NCBI GenBank assembly: GCA_030704615.1
Contig: CM060733.1
Coordinates: forward strand, 49,166,001-49,230,000
Reading direction: 5' to 3'
DNA length: 64,000 nt
Origin: Takakia lepidozioides
Lineage: Eukaryota; Plantae; Bryophyta
The position numbers were made by a program, and so were the translations under genes. The notes below the pieces were generated by a model that was not told the DNA's origin, searched no databases, and saw only the letters and a program-made list of their open reading frames with translations. Below are positions 63,478-64,000 of this stretch, one piece after another (the stretch's first letter is position 1; each line of letters starts with the position of its first letter).

Positions 63478-64000
63478 GGATGGAAATTCGGCGCCGAATT
63501 TCCATCCAGCAGGTAAGTGGAATCCCGGATGGATGGAGATTCGGCGCCGAATTTCCATCCAGCAGGTAAGTGGAATCCCGGATGGATGGAGATTCGGCGC
63601 CGAATTTCCATCATGCAGGTAATTCGAATACCGGATGGATGGAAATTCGGCGCCGAATTTCCATCCTACAGGTAATTCGAATACCGGATGGGTGGAAATT
63701 CGGCGCCGAATTTCCATCCTACAGGTAATTCGAATCCCGGATGGGTGGAGATTCGGCGCCGAATTTCCATCCTGCAGGTAATTCGAATCCCGGATGCATG
63801 GACATTCGGCGCCGAATTTCCATCTTGCAGGTAATTCGAATCCCGGATGAATGGAAATTCGGCGCCGAATTTCCATCCTGCAGGTAATTCGAATCCCTCC
63901 TGGATGGAAATTCGGCGCCGAATTTCCATCCTGCAGGTAATTCGAATCCCTCCTGGATGGAAATTCGGCGCCGAATTTCCATCCAGCAGGTAAGTCGGGT
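63478..64000. repeat. 53-bp tandem array (10 units, last partial) with a 30-bp perfect palindrome
   Basis: Consensus GGATGGAAATTCGGCGCCGAATTTCCATCC + TGCAGGTAATTCGAATCCCGGAT, with units starting at 63478, 63531, 63584 ... 63955. Confidence 0.95.

Larger units (their letters stand above)
58158..64000 (-). mobile_element. Autonomous-looking Mutator-superfamily (MULE-like) DNA transposon; second end lies beyond the window
   Basis: The terminus (T)GAGGAGGTTTGCTATTTCATGAGC is defined by identity with the inverted copy. It carries an intact transposase gene and AATTCGGCGCC subterminal repeats on both sides. Confidence 0.85.

Noticed and set aside
62698-63982. Multiple ORFs with MEIRRRIS / WKFGAEFP repeats
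   Set aside because: These are translations of the palindromic arrays in all frames and on both strands, not genes.
63478-64000. CRISPR array (palindromic 30-bp repeat + 23-bp spacer)
   Set aside because: The spacers are near-identical to each other, there are no cas genes, and the context is a eukaryotic transposon. It is a tandem repeat.

Overview
Gene-rich nuclear DNA from a land plant, most likely a non-seed plant (bryophyte or lycophyte type). This is inferred from spliceosomal introns, PLS/DYW PPR RNA-editing genes, a plant USE+TATA U2 snRNA gene, and the transposon types. Genes, left to right: a small conserved plant protein (4.7-5.3 kb); a frameshifted PLS-DYW PPR pseudogene (8.5-10.8 kb, -); U2 snRNA (15.6 kb); a ~1650-aa two-exon gene with a split PAAT/C10orf88-like domain (16.8-22.8 kb, -); an ABHD17-like hydrolase (-) head-to-head with a PLS PPR gene with a truncated E region (+); a Ca2+-ATPase relic; an intron-containing UbiA-superfamily gene with the motifs of fungal/bacterial intramembrane terpene cyclases (35.2-38.2 kb); and an HVA22-like gene (-) head-to-head with a possible FSIP1-like gene (+). 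The last 13 kb is a nested TE complex. It holds a Mutator-type MITE with a 9-bp TSD, Ty3/gypsy pieces in opposite orientations, and an apparently intact GCM-like/MULE-DDE/SWIM transposon with palindromic subterminal arrays and an inverted deletion derivative. All exon models and family calls were made by eye, without database searches.
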